A DNA stretch of 60,824 nucleotides, filler included, from Hausera hauseri (GCA_046269625.1; 10 parts of 10 records of this genome joined end to end with filler, not necessarily neighbours in it), one strand, 5' to 3'; counted from the first letter of the whole stretch, positions 12,355 to 26,300 are shown. Program-made: numbers and translations. Notes: generated by a model from the letters alone, not told the origin.

Positions 12355-12394
12355 TATTTTACTCAATCTGATTACCGGAAATCTATGTAGGTGA

Positions 12395-12660
12395 ATTGTA
12401 TCCGTACCATTTGTCAAGATATGGATTATAGTTACCTTTTCCTTTTTCTTGATTAATTGATTGCATTCAGGTTTTCCGGTAAGCTGTAATTCCTCTTCTT
12501 AAAACTTACCTCGAATGATCTGACTATCTTCGTCTTCTATCACATACATTACCTGCATTTATTGGGTGATTACATCACAAATTTAGAAGACTTCATCACG
12601 CCAGTTGTGATTCAAAGTTTTAATAAAAGTCTTAAAGTTCAATGAAGAAACTGTTCATGT
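12395..12660 (-). pseudogene. Maverick/Polinton-type integrase C-terminal fragment with chromodomain-like tail
   Basis: FKTFIKTLNHNWRDEVF*I...YVIEDEDSQIIRGKF*EEELQ...KWYGY. Confidence 0.65.
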
Positions 12661-12695
12661 CTATTGACAGGGATACTGCCATAGTATTTAACAAT
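12619..12695 (+). repeat. 77-nt exact terminal direct repeat of contig 2 (copy 2)
   Basis: Identical to 5616-5692. Confidence 0.95.
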
Positions 12696-13291
12696 NNNNN
12701 NNNNNNNNNNNNNNNNNNNNNNNNNNNNNNNNNNNNNNNTTAATTAATTAANNNNNNNNNNNNNNNNNNNNNNNNNNNNNNNNNNNNNNNNNNNNGTGAA
12801 TGTTGCACGATCTCTGGCGGGGTTCGGATCACCGGAGGACGGTAATGAGCATAATTCATTGATAATTGGAGGTCGTTACACGGTCTTTACAAAATTATTG
12901 TTTTATAATTGCATGAAGTTACAAACACATGGACAATAGTTACATGGAACCCGGTAGCCAACAGAAAGGTCGAAAAGGGCCGGGTTTAGCGAGATTGTTA
13001 CCGACGAATTCGATGAAAAAGAAACGAAACCGGAATGGTTACAAAATCCTCCAAATTCCACTTCAGATGGAAAAGAAAAAATTAATCAAGATCCTGGAAT
13101 AGAATTAATTTATGAATTGACCGTAAAACCATCAAAAAGCCGCGTAAATTCAACGGTGAAGATGCTGCTGCGGACAGAAATCGGTTAAGAAAGGATCTAT
13201 TAAATTATATAGTCGAAAGATGAATCATATCGTACATTACAACATCCTGGATTCATACTACGATTTGTCCTAGACGGCGTAAACATAATCT

Positions 13292-16200
13292 GTGAACCGT
13301 CAATTGAAGACACTGAAGATAACCGATCAGAGCTTAATAATTCTTGGAAAATGGATGTTAGTCAAAGAAAGCAGATATAACACTGAAGCTGAAGTTTCAT
13401 TGAAAAACGTTTTGTCACTGACATACTCGCACAAATGGAAGGATGAAAATAACGTTTTAACATCACTAAAACTTGTAAGGAATAAAAAGGTCTACAGTAT
13501 TCAAAGTGATCTTGAATTAACAAAATTACATGTTATGACAATCGAGTGGCCAGACAATAAACTTGTTGTAAAATCCATGGTTGTTAGCATAACGTTTTCA
13601 CCATTCAATTCATTGGTCAAACATGAAATAATTCACAATAATGTCCTTTTGGCAAAAGTTGCTAATTCCATGAGATACAGTACGGAAGACCAATTATTCT
13701 ACTACGAAAGCACTGGCCTAACATCCAAAGACAAATTGATATATACTCTCGTTTTGGAGAATCGTTTCAAAGTCGATTATAAATTGTCTCGAATTTTGTA
13801 CGATCTTGCTTCCAAAGTAAAAATAAAGGTCCCAACAATGGATGTCGATTCGGAAGCTAATATTGTACAATATGTTGATATTGATATTGATGGCTCAGTA
13901 AATATCAAGGACAAAACCGTTTACAGTGAAATTGCATACAAAAAAATGTTGGGAGTAACAATGAAAAGGTCTTCGGATACAGTCTAGCAGTTGGCAAACA
14001 TTCAACGGATAAATTGGGAAATGATCCTCTGAACAATGTGGTCGTGAAAATTATGCGTGGTAAGGCGACAGACAAGTTTGAGTTCAAAGGTAAACAAAAT
14101 TCCAACACAGTCGTTTTTGATGTATCTGCAATATGTACCGATACGGCGGAATTGTTTGTCGCATATAAAGTCAAGTCATTTGATGGAAAGATAAATACCG
14201 CACTTAAAATGTCATTCAATTCCAAAATAGCCAGCGACTATAAATTTTATGTGAAAGAAAATATGGCAATTGTTTACAAAAAGTTTGATTTCTTCACCTA
14301 TAAACTTTCTGGTGAATATGGAAAATCGAAAAACTCAAAGAACCTAACTCCATATGAGGTCATATTGAAAGTTAATCGTGAAAAATGGGAACGATTTGAC
14401 GTGACATTTGAAGCAGTCTCTCCTCCAGGTATCCTGAATAAATTGGGTATTTCAAGAGATGTACTCGGATTCAACTATAAAATCTCAGGAACAGAACGAT
14501 TTGCTTTACAATCGGCAACGTTAGTCAAATGGCAATTAACAGAAACCCGAACAGCAAAGTACGTTGAACTGAAAGTCGATGGAAGTTCTATTGCCAGAAA
14601 TGGAATTGTTCTCAAAGCTCAACTCGTAAAAGACTCGTCAAAGAACAAAATATTCGATTTGGATTCGATATTATACGTCAATCCGTATGCACTGAATTCA
14701 ACAGTCAAATTCACAATTCCGGATGCATTCGCCCATGCCTCATTCAATTATGACTTGAACGACTGGCGAAAGTTTCGCTTGTTGCAAATTGACATTAAGA
14801 CATCATCGGCAAATCTGAAACAGTTTCTTTGGAATTCGCAGTTCAAACAGATGATATCAAATTCGGATAAGAGTGTTACGGAAAACAGCAAAGTTATGTT
14901 CAACTGTGAATCTAAAGGTACCGTTCATAAATTTGAATTGTCAAGGGTTATGAAAGAGTCAAAAATAGACGGTTTTGATCGCGTATCGAACATTAAGTGG
15001 AACAGTAATATCCGATATGTAAAAAGCGGTTTTGTCAATCTTGGTGTTCTGAAGAGAACCAACTCAGATTTCACAGCTTATTTGAACTCTCTGTACGATA
15101 GCAAAAAAAATCGATACAAAATTTTCGTTGGCTGATCAATACAAGACGATGAATTTGCTGTATGAATCAAATCTTATTAATTCAATTAAATTGTCGTCGT
15201 CGTACATACTGACTAGAAATCCGAACAAGTTAACGTTTAATCTGAATTTGCAATTCAACGAAAGGTATATCAAATTCGTGGACAACGTGTTTAAATGGGA
15301 GAAAACTGGCACGATAACATCAGCTAGTTCATCAGGTAAAATAAAATCAAGTAACGCAAAATTCGGTGAAATCGTTTACTCACGCGAGTTATACGTAGAT
15401 GTTGCAAATATCATGAAAACTCTGAAAATAAAAGTCAAAGCGTCTGTTAATAAGAAACCGATAGCTTCCGGTAATGTTGATCTAAGCAAAGGTATCATCA
15501 ACATACGGAATTCCATCAAGGATATTTACGACAATTTGCCGATAAAATTAATTGAGTTTGATATTTCATACAATTTTGTGTCAAAAACCGATTTCAACAT
15601 TAACTACAAATCCAACATCGAACCACTTTTCAATCGAAGCGAGTTTCAATTAATACGATTCACGAAAACCAAAGATGGATCGGCAAAAGAAATAATCGGT
15701 ATTGGCAAAGCAATGAGGTACGGAAAATTGTTGTATAAACGAAGTACGAATGAAATCAATTTGGAATTGTTCATTCGGGATGATCACAAAAGTGGATTCA
15801 TGTTCGCCAAAGTTGACATACCAAAACTGAACTTAAAGCTCGAAGAATCGAGGTTGCAGTTCGAAAAAATCGATAAACAGTCTGAAGATTTCTTCAAAGG
15901 AATCATTTCGTACAAGAACAATAAATATAAATTTGAATATCGATCAAAGGGTATGTTAACGAAAAGCTTTCAAATGACATCTGTTGATAAATCGTCAAAA
16001 CCGAACAACGTTCAGATTGAATACGATATGTCTGCTGGGTCCAATTTGAAAATCATGATCGACGACAAGTTTAAATTTGATTTGAACGTCAAGAAAACCG
16101 GCAATATGAGAAAGGGGAAATTCCAGTTGATTCATTTGGGGAAAACACTAGCTGATGCGGAAATTGCGGGTAAGATAACAATGCCGGACAAAAAAGAATC

Positions 16201-17521
16201 GTTGATGGACTTTTGTAAAGCGTTTTATAAGCTAGAAACCGGCATTGCAATTGACTGGTCCATGACGGGAAAAATAAGTGATAACGATATCGTCTTCAAA
16301 TGGGGTTTTGGTAGATTGGTGAGTGAAAAATTTCCAGGTGGCAAAACAACGCATTTCAACTTTGAATCATCGTATAAACAGAAAGTGATGAATATGTTTG
16401 TGAAATTTGATCGAAATTTCCCCAAATTTGAATTCGTTCGTCGAATTTCTTATCGTGAGACTGATAAAATATTCATTAATTCCGATTCAACGATAAGGTA
16501 CATTTCACCGACAGAGCATTTCTTAGACAGTCAAAATAAAATTGGAGAATTCACGTTGAATATACATCATAATTACAACGACGAATTGGCCCAATGGAAG
16601 GTTCTGTATAAAAGATATTTCTTTTTCTTAAAATTCGACAAAATGTCCTATGGGTTAGATTTGACCATAAACTGTCCGAAAGCCAACCGAACACTGAGTA
16701 CTAATTTACTGTATATTATCAAAGCCGTTACGAAGAAACTGGAGATTTTCCCGATTGGAAAAACGTATTCTTTTACGTATGGCCTGTGGCATTTCGCTGT
16801 GAAACGGAAGGAAATACTTGCCGCGGAAGTAACTGTAAAATTGGGAGATTCTAAACAGCCTTTAGTAGTGCTTATACAAATTATTGATAAACGAAAAGAC
16901 AATGAAGTCGGATTGAATTTGAGTGGAACGTCGAAATTCGAGAAATTCAAAACTTTCAAGTCTAAGTTGTTTATTAAATATTCGAACAAATATGAATCAA
17001 TTACTGTGAAATCTGATGCTTATCTAAATAAAGCTCTTTTCTACGACGTGAATTTCAAATACTCATCGAACGGAAATAATTCACCTTACACTCTATCATT
17101 GAATTATAAAGCCAAGACAATTATCAATGGTGCCATTGTTCTTGATCTGACTGCACGACAATTCAACCACGACATAACGTACAGTGATGGCAAATATAAA
17201 ACCCTCATATGGCAAAGTAAATCGAAATGTCAATTTTCTCAGGGTCTAGACTGTTGGTTGAAACATAAAACGACAGTACGTACGGTGAAGTTACAATTCG
17301 TTTGGTTGAAAGACAAGAAAGAATTTGAAATATCCTGGGACAAAGATAAGGGTCAAGGATTGATTGCGAGGTACAAAAAGAAACTGGATGCTATAGAAAT
17401 TCTTTTGCAAATACCAGTTCGAAAAGTAGAGGTTTCCTTCAAACCATCGAAGGCAAATGATTATGTCAGTGGTGGAAAATTGAAAATCGAGACATTATCT
17501 ACTGGAAAATCAATGAATAAA
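13292..17521 (+). CDS. Large (about 1400 codons, 3'-truncated) Lys-rich amphipathic beta-strand protein, probably the beta-sheet region of an apolipophorin/apoB-like large lipid transfer protein; two frameshifts at poly-A runs
   Basis: ORFs 13292-13987, 14014-15135 and 15128-17521 join by single-base shifts at an A7 run (~13940) and an A8 run (~15103); continuous alternating hydrophobic/polar pattern; family call rests on composition only. Confidence 0.5.
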
Positions 17522-17621
17522 NNNNNNNNNNNNNNNNNNNNNNNNNNNNNNNNNNNNNNNNNNNNTTAATTAATTAANNNNNNNNNNNNNNNNNNNNNNN
17601 NNNNNNNNNNNNNNNNNNNNN

Positions 17622-19455
17622 CGTCCTATATTCCAACTCTTGAAGCTTTGAAAAATGCATTGGCCGTTATTAATGTACAGAATGAGTACAGTTTGTGCAT
17701 TCTGTACTCTATTCTGGCGGTGATTAAATATTCTGTCTTTGATTATCATTATAATAGGAATAGAGTCAACAATTACATTCCTTATTTAAGTGAGCTGAAA
17801 TATTCTTTGGAAGATATGCCTATGAAAATATGCAACATAGGTAAATTTGAGAGGCAGAATCCACAGTTGACAATTAATGTCTGTTTCATGAGGAGGATGA
17901 TGTGGATTTTGATAAGGACATAGGGAAAAATCCTTTCGTTGATATTTTGTATCGCAGCAAAAATCTGAATGGATCTGTAGTAAACTTGCTGATTCTTAAG
18001 AATAATGATCACTTTCACTATGTTGCTGTACCCAATCTTAAGCGCCTGTTGAATATACATAGTAAGAAAATCCGTATTCAATGTAAACATTTGTGTGAAA
18101 AATGTTTACATGGCTTTTGGTATGATACGGAATATTTTAAGCATTTACACATGTGCAATTCTTCAGCCAAGTGTATGACTTTATACAAAATTCCCGAAAA
18201 TAAGTTTTGCGAATTTAAGGAGTGGGCCAAATCTATAAGTCCTTTTATCGTATGCATCGACTTCGAATCTGTTCTGTGTCCTAACAATAAAGTCGAGAAT
18301 ATTCATTGGCCTGGTGCAGCCGGTCTCTTGTTAGTTTCATCAACAGGTATTGAATATAGGCAATTTGTTGGTGAAAATTCTATAATCGAATTTTTAGCTT
18401 GTGTGGAAAACAGTAAAAAACTTAGTTTTTCCTTTCTATGAGAATGCCAAAAACCGATGATCCCGTTAACTTCTTAATGGTCTCGGTTTAAAAATTCTAC
18501 ATCATGTTATCGTTGCCATTAAAACGGTTCACAATTTGTTAGGTATCACTGCCATGTTACAGGTAAATTCTTAGGCCCTGCTTTATCAAATGTAACTTAG
18601 TACGACAGATCAGATACAATTTATCAGTTATGTTTCACAATTTGCGTTTATATGATCTTCATCATATCTTAAAACACACATTGAGTAAATTCAACAGTTA
18701 GAAATTAAATGTTATTCCACAAACGACTGAAAAAATTTTGACTATGTTTGCTATGATAAGATGTTCGGGTAAAAAGTCTGTTACTATTAGATTTCTAGAC
18801 ACTCTTCAGTTTTTACCGGCTTCACTGAAAACTTTAGCCTCCAATTTAGATAGTTATCCATTTACATAAACGGCTTTTCCTTCAAACATTATTAAGGGAA
18901 AAATATTTTTTCCATACACTGCAGCCAAAACGTTCACTGACTGGCAGTCGATTTCTGAGTTACCACCAAAATGGGATGATATTACCGACAGTGATTATTC
19001 GGATGCTGAAATTACCTGGTCCAAATATAGGTGTAACAGCCTTTTAGATTATATGTTGGTATACATGAAACTTGATGTATACTTGTTAGGTGATATCTTT
19101 AAACGGATACGAAAGGAAGTTAGGTTACAGGATGGTTTAGAGGCTGTTAACTACGTTTCAATTCTTGGTTTATCTTGGATAACTGCATTAAAATTAAATC
19201 CTTGTAAGATTGAGCTCATTCAAGATCCTGAAATGTAGTTTCTTTCAATCAGGTATTCGCGGTGGTATGACTTTTGTAAATAAGCATAGGGTAGTAACAA
19301 ATGAAAGCACCAGTCTCTTGTATATACATGTAAATAATTTGTACGGCTGGGCTTTATCTCAACTTTTGCCATTTGCAAATTTGACTTGGATTTATGATGA
19401 GAACAAATTGAATAGTCTGATTGAACAATTGCCTTATGTTGACGCTGTTAAGGAG
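17622..19455 (+). pseudogene. Maverick/Polinton-type protein-primed DNA polymerase B, degraded (copy A)
   Basis: SYIPT...AVINVQNEYSLC, CIDFES (exonuclease I motif), RYHCHVTGKFLG (endonuclease VII-like insert), FHNL, RFLDT, IRGGMTFV, VNNLYGWALSQLLP; many stops. Confidence 0.85.
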
Positions 19456-19875
19456 AAACGAAATTCAAATTTTAAGTCCGCCTACAATCCATGCAGCATA
19501 CGTGCTTGTGTGTATCAATTTCATAACTGTGTCACCTGTCTCCACCACATTAATCGTATGTGTGTACCATTCTTTCTACCCCATGACTCATCCGCGAACC
19601 ACATCGACTTTTTCTCCGCGAGGGAGGGGGGTTCGTGCCATGTGCTCACATCCATCTACGGCAGTTCATACATGCATTGCACATCTGCAATACACAACCT
19701 GCAGAATTGTCATTATACAATGCAGCGCTACTATCGACACACATTCAACAGGATCCAATATTACATTTGTCCAAGTTGCGAAACTGTATATGGTGCAGAA
19801 TACATGCAGTTTTATAAAAATCACACGGCATATTTGAGACTTCAAATCAAAGTCAAAGAAGACCATCTTCAATGA
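19456..19875 (+). CDS. Small Cys/His-rich ORF directly upstream of the second PolB
   Basis: CVTC and CPSC pairs and RIQYYIC; a similar segment lies upstream of the PolB in contig 8. Confidence 0.4.
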   Translation, partial: KRNSNFKSAYNPCSIRACVYQFHNCVTCLHHINRMCVPFFLPHDSSANHIDFFSAREGGSCHVLTSIYGSSYMHCTSAIHNLQNCHYTMQRYYRHTFNRIQYYICPSCETVYGAEYMQFYKNHTAYLRLQIKVKEDHLQ

Positions 19876-22800
19876 GTAATGTAATCCTGCTGTCGCAGTT
19901 GCACAACCAGTTAATGATGCTGCATAGCCTGCTTCACACGCCTCAATGCAGCAGCAGCACAGGCTTAAAACGCGCAGCGTCAGACATTCCAAATGCTCCA
20001 CCAAAAAGTCAAAGGCAGCGACCAGTTAATATAGCAGCAGTGAAGAGCAAAGTCCGCAGAAGTTATTGCTGTAACTGATCAAACACCTCTCCATGGGTTT
20101 CTAGAATATACAAAGGATGAAACCATACGGAATCTCCAAGATAACATGGTGGGGCTCAAGGCCCTTAAAGTCAACTTAAAATTATAGGCCACATTTACCA
20201 ATGTTGATGGTGAAGAATTAAATAGGGTCTTAAAGACTAAAAATATTGGAAATCACCAATATTTCAGAATGGCTGCATGAAGAACACGCGAAGTTCATAC
20301 GTGAAGCTGAGGAGAGCCAGGACACAAAGAGCGGATGGACTCTGACAACCAGAGACTGCTTGTCTTTGTGCACAAGTACTGCCCCATGCAAGGCAGCTCC
20401 TATATACAGCTTCCTGAATGGATCGCTAAGAAAAATGCATGCATCAATGTCCATAATGATGATTCAATGTACTTCAAATACCCAATTCTATCAAAACTCA
20501 TACCGGATCAACATAATGCTTCTCGAGTTTGGTTGTATAATGACCTAAAGCACAATTATGATATCCAATGTATTACGTTCCCACCATCCTTAGATGAAGT
20601 GAAAAAATTCGGGCGACTCACCAATATTCCATTAATATCTTTGGATTAGTGGAGGATAAATTCTATCCGCTACAAATATGCTATGCCAAATTGAAAGATT
20701 ATAGGGGTTCTGCTCCTACTAGACAATGGAGAAAAGAAACATTTCGTTTGGATCAAAAACTTTGAGTCTAGTAAGATCCCAAATAACAACAAATCATAAA
20801 AGTACTGAAATCTGTAAGATGTTTGTCCCATTTCGGTGGTGATGTACCTATGGAGAAGATAGCAGAGCTCAAGATGTACTATAACAGCAATTATTGTATC
20901 AGGACAGAATTTTCTAAGGAAGACTATACAGAATTCAGAGTTTGAAAAGAAGCTCAAGGTTCCAATAATCATCTATTGCGACTTTCAAGCAACCCTGCGT
21001 CCAGTTCAGAGGTGCAACCACAATCCGCAACATAGCAGCACAACAGCATACAAATATCACGAACTCTCGTCATATTGTATGTATGCAAAAGGATTGGACA
21101 AAGAGCCTTTTCTATTCAGGGATCTAAATGGAATACCACATTTTATGAAGAGATTAGAACACATGGTCCATAGGATTGAAGTTACGTTACAACAATATTA
21201 GGAATTGGATACAATGGCCGTGTCAAAGGAACAAGAAAAATGGCGCAAGGCAACATGTTACTTGTGCTCCAAATCCTTCACTAAGGAGAATCACAAAGTC
21301 AGGGATCACTGCCATTTTACAGGCACATATCGAGGCGCAGCCTGCAAGTGACATATGTTCCTGTAGTATTCTGCAATCTCAATGGCTATGATTCTCATTT
21401 CATAGTCCGAGAATTGGGAAACATTAAAGGCAACATCGAAGTGATCCAAACAGTTAGGAGAAATATGTCACATTTACGGAACATGTTGGAAAAGTCAGAC
21501 TCCACTTCGTAGACAGCTTTCTATTCATGTCTTCTACACTTGATAGCCTCGTGAAGAACCTCCCAGCAGAAGATCTTAAGGAGACGAAGCGGTTCTTTCC
21601 TACTGCATCTGACTTGGTCGAAAGGAAAGAAGTGTTTTCCTATGATTACATCATATCATGGGGAACATCGGATGAAACAACATTGCAGGTCAAGAAAGAT
21701 TTTTACAGTCAACTCTCAGACAGTGATATCAGCGATACGGATTATCAACATGCACAAAAGGTGTGGGAAGCATTCAAATGTAGGACAATAGAATACAGTG
21801 ATGTATACCTTAAGGCGAACGTGCTACCGCTGATAATGTCTTTGAAAGCTTCCGGGATGTATCACTTGCAAGCCACAAATTGGATCAAGTTCATTTCTTT
21901 ACAGCTCCAGGAATGAGTTGGGCAGCAATGCTGAGATATACCAGTATTAGACTGCAAACCTTGAAGGATTATGACACGTTAGTCATGATCGAGAGCCATT
22001 AGAGGTGGAATATGCTAGGCCATTCACCGATATAGTGAGGCCAATAACAAGTATGTGGCCAAATATGATCCATCCAAGGCATCCTCATATATTACCTACT
22101 TGGATGCCAACCATCTATATGAATGGGCAATGAGCGCCTCACTGCCGCATGATAACGTCCAATGGGTAAAGCATCCCGAAGACTTAGAAATAGAAGATGT
22201 AGATCCTAGTGAATACGGGCTACAGTGGAGGTGAATGTTGAATATCCACATAATATCCATGTAAGGCAGCCACCTAATGGTAAACACAGAAAGCTGTTCT
22301 GCCATCTGGAGAACAGGGAGAGGTATGTAGCCCATTACATCAATCTCCATCAAGCAATAAAGAATGGACTTAAAATCATGAAGATGCATCGAGCCCTACA
22401 GTTCAGCCAATCCATGCGGCTGCAGCCATATATTGCCTTTAACACTCAGCTGCTGGTCAATGCCAAGAACGACTGCGAGAAAGGCCAATTCAAGTTGTAT
22501 AACAACAGCGCTTTTGGTAAAACTATGGAGACCATCCGAAACAGGATCAACATTGAACTGGTCGAAGGGCGAAAAGGGCGAAGAAGCTGATTTCTAAGCC
22601 GAACTTTCGCAATAGTACCATATACGCGGAGAACCTGGTCAGTATTCATATGCTGAAAACATCGTTCGAGTTCAACAAGCCAATATATGTGGGCATGTCA
22701 ATACTGGACATATCAAAGACCCTGATGTACGACTTCCACTACATCATGGTTCCCACATTCAAGACTGCAGCTTATGTACATGGATACTGAAAGCTTCATA

Positions 22801-22972
22801 TATCAGATCCATACAGATGACATCTACGAGGACTGCTCAACTGGTACAGCATATGGATACGTCCAACTATCCAAAAGACCATAGAAACTTCTCTGAAGAA
22901 CAAAAAGGTGCTTGGGAAATTTGTAGCTCTTACGTCGAAAATGTATACAATTGATGTATGCAGCCAAATAAA
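19872..22972 (+). pseudogene. Maverick/Polinton-type protein-primed DNA polymerase B, degraded, nearly full length (copy B)
   Basis: KSGWTL, GSSYIQLPEWIAKKNACINV, IYCDF, KVRDHCHFTGTYRGAAC, FVDSFLFM, YLDANHLYEWAMS, KLYNNSAFGKT, KPIYVGMSILDISK, YMDTESF. Confidence 0.9.
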
Positions 22973-23072
22973 NNNNNNNNNNNNNNNNNNNNNNNNNNNN
23001 NNNNNNNNNNNNNNNNTTAATTAATTAANNNNNNNNNNNNNNNNNNNNNNNNNNNNNNNNNNNNNNNNNNNN

Positions 23073-23341
23073 GAAATTGGACTTTTACTCTCAGGACTCT
23101 GACATTTACTTGAACTAATTGTATGCTATACAGAACTAACGTTATGGGTACAAATTGGTATTTTATAATCACTCATCGAAGGACTTTGTTGAGTACGATC
23201 ATTTATTGTACATGTGTTTTTGTTGATAGTCGATTTAGATGCAAAAGATCGGGCCCGATTACGGGCCAGACGCGGAGGCAAGAGACGCCCGGCCGCGCCA
23301 GAACAAATATGTTAAACGGCACCGGCCGCCTTGGCACCACA
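23073..23341 (-). repeat. 3' LTR (partial) of the contig 5 gypsy element; PPT at 23345-23356
   Basis: Minus strand GGGGGGAGGGGG-TGA-TGTGGTGCC downstream of integrase. Confidence 0.65.
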
Positions 23342-26300
23342 TCACCCCCTCCCCCCACTATGGCAAAGTGAAAACTATAAAGATCAAAATAAACGGAAAG
23401 AAAAAATCGCTAAACGAAAAAGTGTCTGATCATAGTAAGAACAAGACGTTGAGTGCCTTCTACTGATTTTTCCCTGTTATACTTGCTAAATGTGACTCTA
23501 CGTTTTTTGTCTTTATGCGGCGTGTTTTCTTGCAGAGATTGAAGTTGGGGAAAGAAATTGTCGGATTTTATTGTGAGTATTGTGTCGTGTGAAGATGAGT
23601 CAGAATAAGGAGAAAAAAAAGGTGAAGGAGGAAGAGAGGTTGTTCAAGACGTATGGTTAAAGGTATTCAAGAGAGTGTTAGAAGACGAAGGAATGATAAA
23701 AGGTGTAGTGCAGATGAAGGAAGATGACTGCTGGAGTAGAAGTTGGAATTGTATTAGGCAAAAGAGTGGAAGTGGAAAATGAAATAGATGTAATATTAGA
23801 GAAAGGAAAAAAGATAGGAATAGAAGTAGAGAGAGGAGGAAGTTGCGAAGCGTAAATGAAAGGAGTAAAAGACGATGTGTGCGGGAAAAGGGAGAAAGGA
23901 AGCGCCGAAGAGAGAGAGGACGAAGAGGGAGCAAGAAGATGGAGAGTTTGGTAAAGTAGAAGTGGTGTTTGACGGAGGAGGTCTTGTAGAAGGAGAAAGC
24001 AGGTTATCATCAGGGGATGAAGGAGGTGTTAAAATTCTTGAGGGTGCAAAATCGGATGGGGAAAAGGGGATAAACTGTCAGAAAAAATTGAAGTGGAAGT
24101 CTTGTGAAAAAACCTAGGGGAAAGTGGATTAAGAAATTGAACAGAGATGGAAGGTGAATTTTTGGATTGCTGTGCGTCGTGTATAGATGTTGGGGAGAAA
24201 CGGTTTCGATGGAAAACGTATCGGCAATGAAGAAAGCCGGCTTAGCGTTGTTGATGTAGAATGTTACTTCCTTTTTGTCACTGAAAATGATGATGTTGTG
24301 AGAGTGTAAACGATTTACTTTGTAAGGGGCAACATAATGAGGTTGAAAACCACACGGCGTCTGATTCTTTAGCCATATGAACTTGGCAGTGTATAAATCG
24401 TTGGGTATGTAAGGTTTATTTCCGTGTAATAGTCTACAAAATGAGTCTTTGCTGATCTCAGTGAAGTGTCTCTGTGCTGCTTGTATGGTTTCATCTGTAG
24501 GAATATTGTCAAGCTCAGCCAGCTCGAATAATGGTTTGATAGAAGTACCAAATAATGATTCTGCAGGAGAGCAGCCTATAAAAGTAGATGGTGTGTTCCG
24601 CCAGCCAAGCAGAACGTACGGAAGGAGTGTAGTCCAACTGCGATTGGACTCAGCAAGGATTTTGAGAGAGGTTTTCATTGTTCGGTAAAAGCGTTTGAGA
24701 AGGCCATTCGATTGAGAATGATATGGTGACGTGTGAATGTGGTTAATTTCCAATCGACTGACAAGAGATTTAAACAGGTTGGATTCAAACTGTGGACCTT
24801 GGTCCGAAATGATGTAGCGAGGTGATCCAAACCTGCTAATCTAAGTGCGGATGAAACATCTGCGATTGTTTCTCTGTTGATGCTCTGAAGCGGGACAGCC
24901 TTTGGCCATTGCGAGGAACGGTCCATCATTGTGAGGATGAACTGATGGCCGTTGTCTAAGGGTAATGGGCCAACAAGGTCAATGTAAACAGATTCAAAAC
25001 GAAACGTGCAAGGAAAATGATATAGTGGTGGCTTTAAGTGCTTAGTAACTTTGTATTTTTGGCATGCAACAAACTACCTAACCCATGCCTGCACGTCAGA
25101 GCGCATCGACGGCCATCCTACTTGGAGTTGTAAGAGTCGAAAAGTGGCCTTGGCACCAGGATAGTGCAGCGAACGGATGTTGTTGAATGCTCCTTTTTGA
25201 AGCGATTCAGAAAAATGACTTTAGGATTATAAGGTTTGGAGGTGTCAAAGGTTACACAGTCGATGGTTTTGCAGGATTTCAAAGATTTAAGGATGTCAGG
25301 AGGTAGCTTGTTTTGTTCAAGTTTGGGTTGAGAAAAAATTGGTGTGAAATCAATCGAGCTAGCGATCGGGACAAAAAGTCAGCTACTAAATTGTCGACGC
25401 CGTTTAGGTGCTTAATTACAAAATTAAATGTGGACAAGTACGATATTTGCCTCTCCCAACATGCAGAAGGCGATTTTATGATGAGAATTTGAAGCAAGGG
25501 CTTGTGGTCCGTTTGTATTGTAAATGTTCGTGCAGTTAGCAGATGTTTAAAGTGTTTTAAGCCAAGGACCATTGCAAGCAACTCTCTGTCAAAGTTGGAA
25601 TATCTTTGCTCTTGTGTCGTAAATTTTCGAGAAAAGATTTCTAGTGGCTCATGGGATCCATTTTTGACTTGATGGAGGACAGCACCTGCAGCTGTTGTAA
25701 ATGCATCCGTGGTTACGAAGAGTTCTGCATGGGAGTCGGGATAGGCCAGAATTTCTACGGTTTTTAGATTATCTTTGAGGTGATTGAAAACGTTGACTAA
25801 TTTGGCGGTCCATTGAATAGGCTGCTTTTTCTTGCCAGAGGTTAATAATGCAAATGGAGCGGCTAGAGTGGAACAGCGTGAAACATACTCATGATTAAAA
25901 TGCAAGGTTCCGAGAAAAGAACACATCTATGTAGATGTACGTGGTAGTTGCATGTTTTTGAGCTGTGTGATGCGCTCTGGCTGAGGTGAATGTCCGGAGG
26001 AGCTAATAACATGTCCTAGGAAGTTCACATTATGTTGAGAAAAGATCATTTGGTAAAATTAATTTGCAAATTGTTTTGGTGCAAGTGTCCGGAGTGTTGT
26101 TTCGTAGAAGATGATGCAATTAGAATATCATCAATATAGGGATAAGCGATTTATAAACCTGAGAGGACTGAATCTATATGCTTTTGGAAGGTCAGAGAAG
26201 CGCTACGGAGTCCAAAAGGCATGAAAAGGTATTCGATAAAGCCGAAAGGTGTAATGACAGCCGTTTTCGGAATGTCTGCCGGGGCCACAAGAATTTGGTG

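Noticed and set aside
5616-12695. Complete small circular DNA virus
   Set aside because: No intact replication or capsid gene; the viral-like pieces are short and full of stops
19210-19875. 221-aa ORF as one real protein
   Set aside because: Chance in-frame fusion of a PolB fragment and an unrelated Cys-rich ORF across an element junction
23644-24117. Hydrophobic ORFs after the contig 5 integrase as a possible env
   Set aside because: Low-complexity pyrimidine-rich 3' region; no signal/ectodomain/cysteine pattern
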